This document shows positions 1 through 8,950 of a stretch of 64,000 nt of DNA, one piece after another. Numbering within the stretch: position 1 is the stretch's first letter; the number at the start of each line of letters is the position of its first letter. The notes beneath the pieces are model-generated. The model was not told the origin of the DNA and searched no databases. It worked only from the letters and a program-made list of their open reading frames with translations. A program made the translations under genes and the position numbers. Source of the DNA: Minisyncoccota bacterium (lineage in GTDB: Bacteria; Patescibacteriota; Minisyncoccia; Phycocordibacterales; Phycocordibacteraceae); assembly GCA_041663025.1 (NCBI GenBank), contig JBAZRE010000001.1:5912-69911 (forward strand), in the 5' to 3' direction.

Positions 1-228
1 CATCGCAACATTGATGATGCCGTAGGCACCGAAGATGATCACGAGACCGATGATGCCCCAGAACATCGCCTTGTGACCCTCCTCGCGCTTCGTTGCGTCC
101 CCTGCATGCGCGACAAACTCAAACACGCCCCAGAGGAAGACGACAAAGGCACCCGCGGAGAGAAGCAGAATAATCGGATTGATAATCTGCGTGACGACCT
201 TGTCGAGAAATGAGTTGAGAACGGGCAT
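1..228 (-). CDS. pilin-like small membrane protein, paralog 1 of tandem array; partial, with the C-terminus beyond the window start
   Basis: Reverse-strand ATG at 226-228 translates to MPVLNSFLDKVVTQIINPIILLLSAGAFVVFLWGVFEF...EGHKAMFWGIIGLVIIFGAYGI. This is the same two-helix motif (…FLWG…EG….WGIIG…) as the downstream paralogs. It is not in the ORF track because it runs off the window edge. Confidence 0.5.
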   Translation of the reverse strand, partial: MPVLNSFLDKVVTQIINPIILLLSAGAFVVFLWGVFEFVAHAGDATKREEGHKAMFWGIIGLVIIFGAYGIINVAM

Positions 229-232
229 TTAA

Positions 233-610
233 CTAGCCACCGACTCGGACACCAGCTGAAGGAGTGCCGCCAGCGGGACCGCTGCCACTACCGAAACCAA
301 CTGTGCCGGTTAGGATGTTCACCAAGCCCCAAACTGAAACCATCACAAAGAAACCAATAAGACCCCAAAGCATAAGATTCTTGCCCTTCTCCTTTACATC
401 AGCAGAATTAGCACCGAGGATGAAGGTCTGGAATGCGCCCCAGAGGAAGACGATGAAGGCGACGGCGAAGAGAACCGGGACGAAGACGTTGTTGATGGTG
501 TTGATAATAAACGAGCCAACGTCTGCGATGTTATTGATAGCGGCGAGAGAGACGAGCGGCACGGCGAATGCAGCGAGCGATATTGCGGTGAGGGTAAGGG
601 CTTTTTTCAT
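233..610 (-). CDS. VirB2/TrbC-like (T4SS-pilin-like) small membrane protein, paralog 2
   Basis: 125 aa with an N-terminal signal peptide (MKKALTLTAISLAAFAVPLVSLA). It then has two hydrophobic helices separated by a short charged loop (VPVLFAVAFIVFLWGAF…EKGKNLMLWGLIGFFVMVSVWGLV). The motif is shared with the neighbouring ORFs. Confidence 0.55.
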   Translation of the reverse strand: MKKALTLTAISLAAFAVPLVSLAAINNIADVGSFIINTINNVFVPVLFAVAFIVFLWGAFQTFILGANSADVKEKGKNLMLWGLIGFFVMVSVWGLVNILTGTVGFGSGSGPAGGTPSAGVRVGG

Positions 611-690
611 AAATTAAGTAATGATTAACAGGATAATTGTAGCTTTTCTGTAGACGTGGTCAATGCGGCTGTGGGCGGTGTGTGGATAGT

Positions 691-1875
691 CTAATTTTCT
701 ACCGGAGTATTCGAACAATCGCAACCTGTTGATGGATCATATGTGCACCCATCATTTATCATTTTACAATCAAGTTCCGCTTGTGAGGCTCCGCTATCGT
801 TGCTGCTGCTGGTATCAGTGATACATGTTCCTGGAGTACCTGAACACACGAGGCCGAGGCTGGTATTACATATGTCGTATTGTCCGGTACCACAAGTGCT
901 TCCAAGCGAACCGTCATTGACTGTGTAGCCTGTGAGACATGTACATAGCGACCAATCGTATTTATTGCCAGCTATTGATTCACAATCTATTATCTCGTCT
1001 CCTGTTGCCGCACATGTGTCAGTGCCACTTCCACTACTGCCAGTATTGGTACTGCCTGTTCTGGCACCACACCTAGAAACTCCAGAACTGGTAGCTCCGC
1101 ATGCTAGAGAGGGATCACAGTAATCATCATTGCAACACAGGGCTCCTTCTGTACCATCTCCACTGGCGCAATCAGCGCCACTTCCACTTCCACTTCCAGT
1201 ATCGCCACCACCGGTATTGGTACTGTCGTCGCAGTTACCAAAGATGGTACATGAGGTTACGCCTGGAGCGCAGACACTTTTAAAGAACGTGCCGCAAGTG
1301 ATAGTGCCACCACCTCCGCCACCAGGAACTACATAAACTTTTTGTGCGTTGCTATATGCGGTAGTTGCCGAGATGCATTGGCTGCTTGAACTGCCATATC
1401 GCGTACACGTAGTATTCTTGCTGGTATATAGATTATTCATCTGCGTCTGGGCTGCAGAGGTTCCACCGGGTCTCTGAGCACAGATTCCGTCAAAAAGTGA
1501 CCCGCCACTGCAATATCCGCTTGCACATTCAGGATGCGAAGTGCATGCTCCGCCGTTTGCCGTCAAGTCACCACCGCTGCTACCACCGATCGTCGGGAAT
1601 GGAGGCGCGTTCGTCGCGGAATTTAGGCCGAGTGTGCCCATGAAGATCTGCACAATGCCCCAGACTGAGAAGAGGAGCACAAAGCCGATGATGCCGTAGA
1701 GAGTGAAGACACGTCCTTCTGCACGTTTCTTTTCGTCGTCTGCTCCCTTGATGAAATAATTATAGATACCCCATAGGAATACGATGAACGCGACAGAAAT
1801 CAACGTTGGCACAAGAATGCCGTTGATAATGCCGGTTATGCTATTGGCATAGCCTTGGATGTAGGATGCGTCCAT
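691..1875 (-). CDS. pilin-like N-terminal domain fused to a long Cys/Gly/Ser/Thr-rich extracellular extension
   Basis: 394 aa. Residues 1-90 carry the same two-helix motif (VPTLISVAFIVFLWGIYNYF…EGRVFTLYGIIGFVLLFSVWGIV). Residues about 90-394 are low-complexity with about 38 Cys spaced irregularly, including GSGSGSG runs, suggesting a disulfide-rich surface domain. Confidence 0.5.
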   Translation of the reverse strand: MDASYIQGYANSITGIINGILVPTLISVAFIVFLWGIYNYFIKGADDEKKRAEGRVFTLYGIIGFVLLFSVWGIVQIFMGTLGLNSATNAPPFPTIGGSSGGDLTANGGACTSHPECASGYCSGGSLFDGICAQRPGGTSAAQTQMNNLYTSKNTTCTRYGSSSSQCISATTAYSNAQKVYVVPGGGGGGTITCGTFFKSVCAPGVTSCTIFGNCDDSTNTGGGDTGSGSGSGADCASGDGTEGALCCNDDYCDPSLACGATSSGVSRCGARTGSTNTGSSGSGTDTCAATGDEIIDCESIAGNKYDWSLCTCLTGYTVNDGSLGSTCGTGQYDICNTSLGLVCSGTPGTCITDTSSSNDSGASQAELDCKMINDGCTYDPSTGCDCSNTPVEN

Positions 1876-1886
1876 AGAGGTGATGA

Positions 1887-2282
1887 TTAATACGACGTCG
1901 GGAGCGGCGGTGCGTAGTATCCCGAGAGACCGAATGTGTTGGCGACGACATTCACTAGCCCCCAGATAGAGATCATGATGGCGAATGCGACGATGCCCCA
2001 GAGGACAAGGTGATGGCCCTCCGCAACCTTCGTGGTGTCGCCATAAGAGAAGATGTATGCCTTCGCGATGCCGTAGAGGAAGACGATGAAGGCGATGGCG
2101 AAGAGTACCGGCACCAAGACCGAATTGATAATGTTGAGAATCATCCCACCGAGCCAGCAGATGTAGACATCACAGCCATCGATGGAGGAGTAGCTCAAAT
2201 AGCCGCTAGCTGCAAAAGCGAACGACGGAGCAAGAAGTGTTGTAAGAATAAGTGCGGCACGGGTTATTTTTTTCATTTTCAT
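1887..2282 (-). CDS. VirB2/TrbC-like small membrane protein, paralog 4
   Basis: 131 aa with a signal peptide (…LLAPSFAFAAS). It has the conserved core IINSVLVPVLFAIAFIVFLYG…EGHHLVLWGIVAFAIMISIWGLV. Confidence 0.55.
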   Translation of the reverse strand: MKMKKITRAALILTTLLAPSFAFAASGYLSYSSIDGCDVYICWLGGMILNIINSVLVPVLFAIAFIVFLYGIAKAYIFSYGDTTKVAEGHHLVLWGIVAFAIMISIWGLVNVVANTFGLSGYYAPPLPTSY

Positions 2283-2302
2283 ATAGTTAAGAGTATGACA
2301 CG

Positions 2303-2587
2303 TTATGCGCCTGGTGCGATACCGAGCGTGGATAACAATAGATTCACGAATCCCCAGACCGAGAAGAACACCACCATCCCGAGAATGCCCCAGAAGATGA
2401 AATCTCGGCCCTCTTTCAACTTCGCTTCATCGCCATTATTACTGAAGAAGAAATACTTCACCACACCCCAGATGAAAACTGCGAAGATAAACGCGCCGAT
2501 GAGCGGTACGACAATTGTGTTGATGATGCCGATAATGCCGGTCGTGCCACTGCCGACAAATTGAGCGAAGGTCATACTAGCCGCCAA
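2303..2587 (-). CDS. VirB2/TrbC-like small membrane protein, paralog 5
   Basis: 94 aa with no signal peptide. Core is IINTIVVPLIGAFIFAVFIWG…EGRDFIFWGILGMVVFFSVWGFV. The probable start is the internal Met of MTFAQF. Confidence 0.5.
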   Translation of the reverse strand: MAASMTFAQFVGSGTTGIIGIINTIVVPLIGAFIFAVFIWGVVKYFFFSNNGDEAKLKEGRDFIFWGILGMVVFFSVWGFVNLLLSTLGIAPGA

Positions 2588-3014
2588 GCGCCTGCACAGT
2601 CGCGGTGATACTTATTTGTATCGCCTGCGCTCCGAGCAATATCAAAGCACCAATAACTGTCCAGAGGAGCGCCTTGTGTGCCTCTTCTAGTTTCCCAGGA
2701 TTACCCTGCGCCTTGACATACAAGAAGCCGATATACACCAACATCAAGACAACGGCGATAGCGCCGATACGCACGACGAATTTCAGAATGCTATTGAGGA
2801 AGGCCATTAAGCAATCGCCATTACTGCTACTGCAGTCAATACCTTTGAGCGGGTTGATGAGGGTGACTTTTTGTCCTGAAGCGCCAATTATCGGTGTGGG
2901 CGTTACAGGCTTACCCGTCACTGGTGTTATCTGCGCGAGCGCCGTAGGCGCGAGCGTGAAGAAGACAAAAATGGCAATTAGAGCAAGACGCATACTATTG
3001 TTGCAAGAGTGCAC
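2577..3014 (-). CDS. TrbC/VirB2-type pilin-like protein, paralog 6 and the most canonical copy
   Basis: 145 aa. Signal peptide MRLALIAIFVFFTLAPTALA is followed by a mature region ending IAVVLMLVYIGFLYVKAQGNPGKLEEAHKALLWTVIGALILLGAQAI. This helix, small polar loop, helix layout is typical of conjugative VirB2/TrbC pilins. Confidence 0.55.
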   Translation of the reverse strand: MHSCNNSMRLALIAIFVFFTLAPTALAQITPVTGKPVTPTPIIGASGQKVTLINPLKGIDCSSSNGDCLMAFLNSILKFVVRIGAIAVVLMLVYIGFLYVKAQGNPGKLEEAHKALLWTVIGALILLGAQAIQISITATVQALGG

Positions 3015-4302
3015 TCAAGGATCGCCCAGCAGAGACAAGAGCGGTGGCGAGACCTGAACGACCGGTTATCACATCTGTAATCATACCCGAGAAGACCGCG
3101 TCAGTGTCAGCTGGCATTGGGGACAGCCAACCGCTTGTGTAGAGTGCTTCAGCATACGCAACTGCAGCGACAGGGTCGGCGGGAGCTGTCGCAAGCTCGC
3201 TCAATACTGCGGGCGCGAGCCCTGTGAGAGATGCCGCTTCTTCCTGCGCGACAGGATTAGTTAGAAGTGCGGCGGCCTGATATGCACCAGAAGAGTTCTG
3301 CGTACCAATAGGGATCATAAAAGCATATACGAGACCATACGCGCTCTTTGTCGTGGCGATTGCCGGCTGTGGCACAGGCGAAACACCGAAATCAAGATTT
3401 GGATTTGCTGATACAAGGAAGTGCGCTTCAGAAGCGTAGCCGAGATAGAGTGCGAGGTCTCCTGCAAGAAATGCTTGTTGAGAATCACGCAAAGAAGCAT
3501 TCCAGGTGTACGAGATCTTCGATGGGTCGGCAAATTGTGTGTAGAAGCCGAGCACGGCTTCTCCAGCTGACACACCACTCCCTGTGGCGGATCTCTCGCC
3601 AAGATTTGCACTAAGAACACCGCCTGAAGAATATGAAGAAAGCTGGGTGCCCGTTTGTAGGAATAGTGTTGAGAGTATGCCGCGACTATTGTGAACATTG
3701 TCATAAGAACCGAGAGCAATGAGCCCGCGTGTGATTTGTCGTGCTGGTGTCATGATCGCCACATTCGGCACAAGACCAGTGAGAGCCTCCCAGGTCGTCG
3801 GCGGCTTCGCGATACCGTCAGAAGAGAGGATTGTGTGGTTTGAGAATAGGACAAGCGGATCGACAAGAAATGGTATGCCGTAGTATCCGTCTGCTGCCGC
3901 GAAGAGCTGTCCTTCTCCAACGAACGTGCTGGTGAAGGTTGCCGCGGAGAGCGTGGTCGACGGTATTGGAGTGATGAACTTCGCAATGGTATGCAGCTCC
4001 TCTTGTGAAGCGAGCACTAGGTCAGGCCCCGATCCTGTCGCTATCGCTGTGGCAAGGTCATTGGGAAGAGTTGCGGGATCTTTTTGCACATACGAAACAT
4101 TCTTGAGACCCGTCTCGGTTTTTGCAACGGCCGTGAGCATGCTCTGCATTCCCTCTTTCGGTAACGTACCCCAAATAACAACGGTGCCGACTGCACTTCC
4201 ACCGCCACTGTTACTCGTGTAGGTTGCGAAGACAAATAGACCGATAATGGCGGCGAGACCGAAGACTCCGAACAAAATGCCTTGGAAGAGAGAGACTTTC
4301 AT
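2995..4302 (-). CDS. extracellular solute-binding protein (ABC transporter SBP family 1-like), N-terminally membrane anchored
   Basis: 435 aa. N-terminal TM helix, then VVIWGTLPKEGM…VSYVQKDPATLPNDLATAIATGSGPDLVLASQEEL, which resembles the sugar-binding SBP_bac_1 N-terminal region. Confidence 0.55.
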   Translation of the reverse strand: MKVSLFQGILFGVFGLAAIIGLFVFATYTSNSGGGSAVGTVVIWGTLPKEGMQSMLTAVAKTETGLKNVSYVQKDPATLPNDLATAIATGSGPDLVLASQEELHTIAKFITPIPSTTLSAATFTSTFVGEGQLFAAADGYYGIPFLVDPLVLFSNHTILSSDGIAKPPTTWEALTGLVPNVAIMTPARQITRGLIALGSYDNVHNSRGILSTLFLQTGTQLSSYSSGGVLSANLGERSATGSGVSAGEAVLGFYTQFADPSKISYTWNASLRDSQQAFLAGDLALYLGYASEAHFLVSANPNLDFGVSPVPQPAIATTKSAYGLVYAFMIPIGTQNSSGAYQAAALLTNPVAQEEAASLTGLAPAVLSELATAPADPVAAVAYAEALYTSGWLSPMPADTDAVFSGMITDVITGRSGLATALVSAGRSLSALLQQ

Positions 4303-4305
4303 AAG

Positions 4306-4884
4306 TTATGGTGCTGTAAAAATAATCCCGTAATGGTGCGACCCCGCGCGAAATGACTTCACCTTATGGAAGCCGTTATTGATAAAAAATTCTTCTGCTT
4401 CATGTTCAGTTATGACCTGCTCTGGCGAAGGACCCATACCCCCGTAACTTCCCGCCCAGTCGACAAGAAGGAGTTTGCCGCCAGACTTCAGCACGCGCCG
4501 TATCTCCTTCAAGAGTTCTGGGCGATTCTCGATTTGGAAGAGCGTGTTCGCAAGCATGACGGCATCAAGCGATGCGTCGCGCAAATGGGTGCCACCAAGC
4601 TTTTCGATATCGCCCCAAACCGTATCGATGATGCTCCGATGGTGTTCGTGTGAATTGAGTTTGAGATGCTTCAACACATCTTCTTGTATATCGATTGCGT
4701 AGACTCTGCCACTTGGCCCGACTACTGCAGCAGCCATGCGCGAATAGTGACCAGAGCCGGCGCCAAAGTCTCCCACCTGCATCCCCTCGCGGAGTCCTAG
4801 CTGGAGGACGTTATCTCTAGGAGAACTGAATTGCGCATCCATACCATATAAAATACCACGTGCGGCCCGCAGCGGGCCGCACAA
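4306..4884 (-). CDS. class I SAM-dependent methyltransferase
   Basis: 192 aa. SAM-binding motif I VGDFGAGSGHYS, an acidic loop AIDIQED, and post-motif LKSGGKLLLVDW. Confidence 0.75.
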   Translation of the reverse strand: MCGPLRAARGILYGMDAQFSSPRDNVLQLGLREGMQVGDFGAGSGHYSRMAAAVVGPSGRVYAIDIQEDVLKHLKLNSHEHHRSIIDTVWGDIEKLGGTHLRDASLDAVMLANTLFQIENRPELLKEIRRVLKSGGKLLLVDWAGSYGGMGPSPEQVITEHEAEEFFINNGFHKVKSFRAGSHHYGIIFTAP

Positions 4885-4961
4885 TCAACAGAATATGCTA
4901 TTCTCTACCTCAGAGGCTTACAGGAACTAAACGGCTAGACTGCTCTTTTAAGGAGGCAACT

Positions 4962-5156
4962 ATGACAGTCATGAGTGAGGAGGAAAAACGGAAAAGAAAT
5001 GAGGATCTCCGCATTTTTGCCAGCACCGGTGTAGCGTCGCCGGAGCTACAAGCATCAAACGACGCTTTCTTTGCGAGAAATCGTGAGGCAATCAGAGGAG
5101 CGCTCAAGATGCTGGGAGAACATCCCTACGCAGACAAAATCCGATGGTCGAACTAG
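4962..5156 (+). CDS. small hypothetical protein (about 64 aa)
   Basis: Strong SD AAGGAGG sits 5 nt upstream of ATG at 4962 (MTVMSEEEKRKRNEDLRIF…). It is followed by a hairpin plus T-tract terminator. Confidence 0.4.
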   Translation: MTVMSEEEKRKRNEDLRIFASTGVASPELQASNDAFFARNREAIRGALKMLGEHPYADKIRWSN

Positions 5157-5171
5157 TTTTTACTTACGTGC

Positions 5172-5206
5172 AAATGCCCGGCAATTCCCCGGGCATTTCT
5201 TTTTTC
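5172..5206 (+). terminator. rho-independent terminator
   Basis: Hairpin ATGCCCGG-loop-CCGGGCAT followed by TTCTTTTTTC. Confidence 0.6.
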
Positions 5207-5210
5207 ACAC

Positions 5211-5253
5211 TATATCCTTATCTTTACCGACCGGTATTTATAAGAATATTCAG
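5211..5253. repeat. copy-specific direct repeat A1, downstream flank of wHTH-Cas2-like paralog 1
   Basis: ATATCCTTATCTTTACCGACCGGTATTTATAAGAATAT. It is about 80 percent identical over about 40 bp to 5857-5898, and 22 of the first 23 bp match. Confidence 0.6.
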
Positions 5254-5256
5254 AAG

Positions 5257-5838
5257 TTACATTAAAGGAAGATTGAATTGCCGTCGGATACCTTTGTCGT
5301 GTTCTATTGTATCGGCAATTGCATAGAGAACATCCTTGCCTATCTTGAGTTCTGCTTTGAGAAGCGCGATGAAATCTTCGCAATCATAAGGGTAGACCCA
5401 CACGCTATCTTGCAAACGAATGAATCCCACTTCGCGCATGACAGCACATAGACGAAATCTCACTCGGCTTCTTCGTTCGGGAATATCAAAGACGATCATT
5501 CGCCAACGCTTATCCCATTTCTTTTTCTGATTTTTAATAGCAACTTTCGCTTGCTCAAGAGCAACCGCTTTGCGTCCTTTAGGGGTTATTCGTAAAAATT
5601 TCTTTCCATCTCTTTCGATCCAGTTTGCATATCCTTTGGTTACTAAACGCCCTGATGCTGACTTTGCTCTATACCTCAAGTTGTATTTTTCATTTGGCAG
5701 GTATTTGAGGAGCTGAAGAGCGTTCCCAGCGATGGCCGCTACAGCAATAAAGCCCGTGACTGCGACGGCAGCAAGCACTGCGTGTTGGATATCTCGTTTC
5801 TTTTTCCTTTTTCGCGACGTCTCTTCGAGTTTCCCCAT
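5257..5838 (-). CDS. membrane-anchored winged-helix + Cas2-like domain protein (paralog 1 of 3)
   Basis: 193 aa with a basic N-terminus (RKRKKKR) and a TM helix (AVLAAVAVTGFIAVAAIAG). A wing-like segment (GRLVTKGYANWIERDGKKFLRITPKG) follows. The C-terminus WRMIVFDIPERRSRVRFRLCAVMREVGFIRLQDSVWVYPYDCEDFIALLKAELKIG matches the Cas2 pattern by eye (lVvYDI…rR.k..k.l..yG.RvQnSVFec…). Confidence 0.5.
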   Translation of the reverse strand: MGKLEETSRKRKKKRDIQHAVLAAVAVTGFIAVAAIAGNALQLLKYLPNEKYNLRYRAKSASGRLVTKGYANWIERDGKKFLRITPKGRKAVALEQAKVAIKNQKKKWDKRWRMIVFDIPERRSRVRFRLCAVMREVGFIRLQDSVWVYPYDCEDFIALLKAELKIGKDVLYAIADTIEHDKGIRRQFNLPLM

Positions 5839-5856
5839 TAGCTTTAGTATAAATCA

Positions 5857-5898
5857 AATATCCCTATCTTTACCGACCGATTGTTGATAAGGATACGA
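5857..5898. repeat. copy-specific direct repeat A2, upstream flank and promoter region of paralog 1
   Basis: ATATCCCTATCTTTACCGACCGATTGTTGATAAGGATAC. It contains the dyad ATCAA…TTGAT. Confidence 0.6.
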
Positions 5899-6104
5899 CT
5901 TCTAGGACGACGCCTCAGATGAGCGAATTGGCTTTTATTTGGTCCGCCAATTTATTTCAAAACAAAGGGAGTATTTGTTCGGAATATTCCATCTCGAGAA
6001 TCGAAGCCAGAAAAATTGGAACTTGTTATCACTAATCTTCCCGAAACCAAATCGGTTAAGCGTGAGCTCAATATCTATGGACATACTTGATTTATCGCTT
6101 ATTT

Positions 6105-8573
6105 CTATAACGCAACCATGCTGGCGATGGAGTCGCCCTCGCGCATTTTCATGATACGGACACCTTGAGTCGCGCGGGAAAGGAGCGAAATTTCGGCAAC
6201 GCCGGTACGGATCACTTGCCCTTTCTTAGAAACAACCACCAATTCTTCTTCTTTGAGGTCGCCAATGCAGACGCGCGCGCCGATAATCTCGCCCGTCTTC
6301 GGTGTCACTTCTGCCGTCTTGATACCCGAACCGCCGCGACCCTGCACCTTATATTCAGACAGCTTGGTGCGCTTGCCGTAACCTTTGCTCATAATAACGA
6401 GGAGTGATGCCTCACGAGCCGCAGCAGAGATCACTTCTGCCGAAACCACCTTGTCGCCTTTCTTCACACTCATACCGCGCACACCACCGGCCGTGCGCCC
6501 CATCTCTCGCACTTCTTCAGTATCAAAACGAATCGACTGCCCTTTTGACGTCACGATCGAGACCGTGTCGCCCTCTGCCGAGTGATGAGCCGAGACGAGT
6601 TTGTCACCCTTCTTCAAATTAATCGCGATGATGCCCGAGCGCCGCACATCAGAGAACGACTTCGCTGCCACGCGCTTCACGACACCCTGCTCGGTTACAA
6701 AAACGACTGACGAGGCATCGAGCGCAGCACCCTTCGGCACCGGCAATATTGAAGTAACATTCTCATCTCCCGCGAGCGCGAGGAAGTTCATAATGCTCTT
6801 GCCCTTGGTCGCGCGCTTCCCTTCTGGGATCTCATACATCTTGAGCTGATACGCCTTACCGAAGTCGGTGAAGAAGAGAAGATCGCTGTGTGCATTGGTC
6901 ACCAAGAAGTGCGTCACAATGTCTTCTTCTTTGGTCGCGATATCCACGACACCCACACCGCCGCGCTTCTGCTTCTTATATTCATTTGGATTCGTTCGCT
7001 TGATGTATCCGCCCTGCGTCATAATCAACATCGACTCTTCATCGGGCACAAGATCTTCGGCAGAGATGTTCTGCACGCCGCCACGTACAATCTTGGTACG
7101 TCGATCATCGCCATATTTCAGGGCGAGCTCGGCGAGTTCGCTCTTCACCACCGCGAGAATCTTCTTGGGCGAGGAGAGAATTTCTTTAAGCTTCTTGATG
7201 AGTGTCTGAATCTCGGAGAGCTCGTCTTCTAGCTTCTTGCGTTCGAGACCAGCAAGCTTCGAGAGACGCATTTCGAGAATCGCCGCTGCCTGCAAAGATG
7301 AGAAGCCAAATTTCTTTTGGAGCGCGAGACTCGCCGATGGCACATCAGCCGCCTTCTTAATGATCGCAATAACCTCGTCGATATGATCGAGCGCCTTGCA
7401 GAGCCCGAGGAGGATGTGCTCGCGCGCCTCGGCCTGTCGCAGATCGTATTCAGTACGGCGCTTCACTACCTCTTGACGATGATGCACAAAGTGACCGAGC
7501 ATTCCCGAGAGTGAGAGCATCTCTGGCACGCCGTCGACGAGCGCGAGCATGTTGTAGTGGAAAGTGCTCTCGAGCTCGGTGTGTTTATACAAAGCGTTCA
7601 AGACCGCCTGCGGATGCGCTGTGCCTTTGAGCTCAACCACCACTCGAATGTCTGAGGTAGACTCGTCACGCAAGTCGCGAATGCCTTCAAGCTTCTTCTC
7701 TTGTACCAGCTCAGCGATACGCGTGATGAGCTCGCTCTTATTCACGCGATATGGAATAGAAGTGATAACGATGTGAGTGTCCTTTTTGCTGTCGTCAATA
7801 ATCTCCGCTTCGCCGCGCACTACCACCGGCCCCTTGCCCGAGCCATAGGCATGTTTGATATCCGTATGATTAAAGGCGACGCCGCCGAGCGGGAAATCGG
7901 GGCCTTTTACAAACTGCAGAAGATCATCGGTTGTTGCATCAGGATTATCGATAAGATGTATCGCTGCGGCAACAACCTCGCGGAGATTGTGTGGCGGGAT
8001 GTTCGTCGCCATGCCGACTGCGATGCCGAGCGTACCGTTCAAGAGCAGGTTTGGCAACGCTGCAGGGAGGACGTTCGGCTCTTCGCGCGTCGCGTCATAG
8101 TTTGGATTCCACGCGACAGTCTCCTTCTCAAGATCAAGGAGGAGCGCTTCGGCGATGCGCGACATCTTCGCCTCGGTGTAGCGCATGGCGGCTGGACTAT
8201 CGCCGTCAATGGAGCCGAAGTTGCCCTGCCCAAGCACGAGCGGATATCGGTGAGAGAAGTCTTGCGCCATCTTCGCCATCGAGTCGTAGACCGCAACATC
8301 GCCGTGCGGGTGATATTTACCGAGCACTTCGCCGACGACTGTGGCCGACTTGCGGAATTTCGCACCCGGCACGAGTCCCATGTCCTTCATCGCATAAAGG
8401 ATGCGGCGGTGCACCGGCTTCAAGCCGTCACGTACATCTGGTAGAGCGCGACTCGTGATGACAGACATCGCGTAGTCGAGATATGAAGTGCGCATCTCCG
8501 AGACGATCGGTTGATCAATGACGTTTGCCGCCACGATAGATACTCCTCCAGGATTTTTATCTTTTGAAGCCAT
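6105..8573 (-). CDS. gyrA: DNA gyrase subunit A
   Basis: 822 aa. N-terminal [33 protein letters not shown] with the catalytic Tyr region, and C-terminal beta-pinwheel repeats. Confidence 0.95.
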   Translation of the reverse strand: MASKDKNPGGVSIVAANVIDQPIVSEMRTSYLDYAMSVITSRALPDVRDGLKPVHRRILYAMKDMGLVPGAKFRKSATVVGEVLGKYHPHGDVAVYDSMAKMAQDFSHRYPLVLGQGNFGSIDGDSPAAMRYTEAKMSRIAEALLLDLEKETVAWNPNYDATREEPNVLPAALPNLLLNGTLGIAVGMATNIPPHNLREVVAAAIHLIDNPDATTDDLLQFVKGPDFPLGGVAFNHTDIKHAYGSGKGPVVVRGEAEIIDDSKKDTHIVITSIPYRVNKSELITRIAELVQEKKLEGIRDLRDESTSDIRVVVELKGTAHPQAVLNALYKHTELESTFHYNMLALVDGVPEMLSLSGMLGHFVHHRQEVVKRRTEYDLRQAEAREHILLGLCKALDHIDEVIAIIKKAADVPSASLALQKKFGFSSLQAAAILEMRLSKLAGLERKKLEDELSEIQTLIKKLKEILSSPKKILAVVKSELAELALKYGDDRRTKIVRGGVQNISAEDLVPDEESMLIMTQGGYIKRTNPNEYKKQKRGGVGVVDIATKEEDIVTHFLVTNAHSDLLFFTDFGKAYQLKMYEIPEGKRATKGKSIMNFLALAGDENVTSILPVPKGAALDASSVVFVTEQGVVKRVAAKSFSDVRRSGIIAINLKKGDKLVSAHHSAEGDTVSIVTSKGQSIRFDTEEVREMGRTAGGVRGMSVKKGDKVVSAEVISAAAREASLLVIMSKGYGKRTKLSEYKVQGRGGSGIKTAEVTPKTGEIIGARVCIGDLKEEELVVVSKKGQVIRTGVAEISLLSRATQGVRIMKMREGDSIASMVAL

Positions 8574-8576
8574 TAT

Positions 8577-8933
8577 TTAAAACGGGAGGATTGTCTGCTC
8601 TGCCTGCTTCACAGGAAGCTTTGATGGCGAAGTGTCTACAATCTCGATATGCGCGGGTACGTCCCCGTCTTGAAGCGCCGCCGCGGCGCCAGCAATCCCG
8701 CCGACGGCGGGATGTGAGTTAGAACCTGTATCGGTCGTGATTGCTGGTTCCTGACTCGTACTCTCGGCAAATGTGCTTCCCTGAATAGCAAATTTCCCAG
8801 ACGAGAGTGTACCTACGAACCACACTAGAGCGATAAGAGAGGTTCCAATCCCGGCAACGCCGAAGACGATCCTCTTCCGGATGTGGTGCGGCTTTCCTTT
8901 TGCGTATTCAATATGTTCAAAAATGGTTTTCAT
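8577..8933 (-). CDS. hypothetical membrane protein
   Basis: 118 aa with a single TM segment (IVFGVAGIGTSLIALVWFVGTL). It lies directly downstream of gyrA. Confidence 0.45.
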   Translation of the reverse strand: MKTIFEHIEYAKGKPHHIRKRIVFGVAGIGTSLIALVWFVGTLSSGKFAIQGSTFAESTSQEPAITTDTGSNSHPAVGGIAGAAAALQDGDVPAHIEIVDTSPSKLPVKQAEQTILPF

Positions 8934-8950
8934 GCGAGTTAGGCAAGATC

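Noticed and set aside
6165-8458. Numerous plus-strand ORFs (for example 7701-8444 at 247 aa, and 7991-8458) opposite gyrA.
   Set aside because: They are antisense to a highly conserved gene and have Arg/Ser/Cys-rich antisense-type composition.
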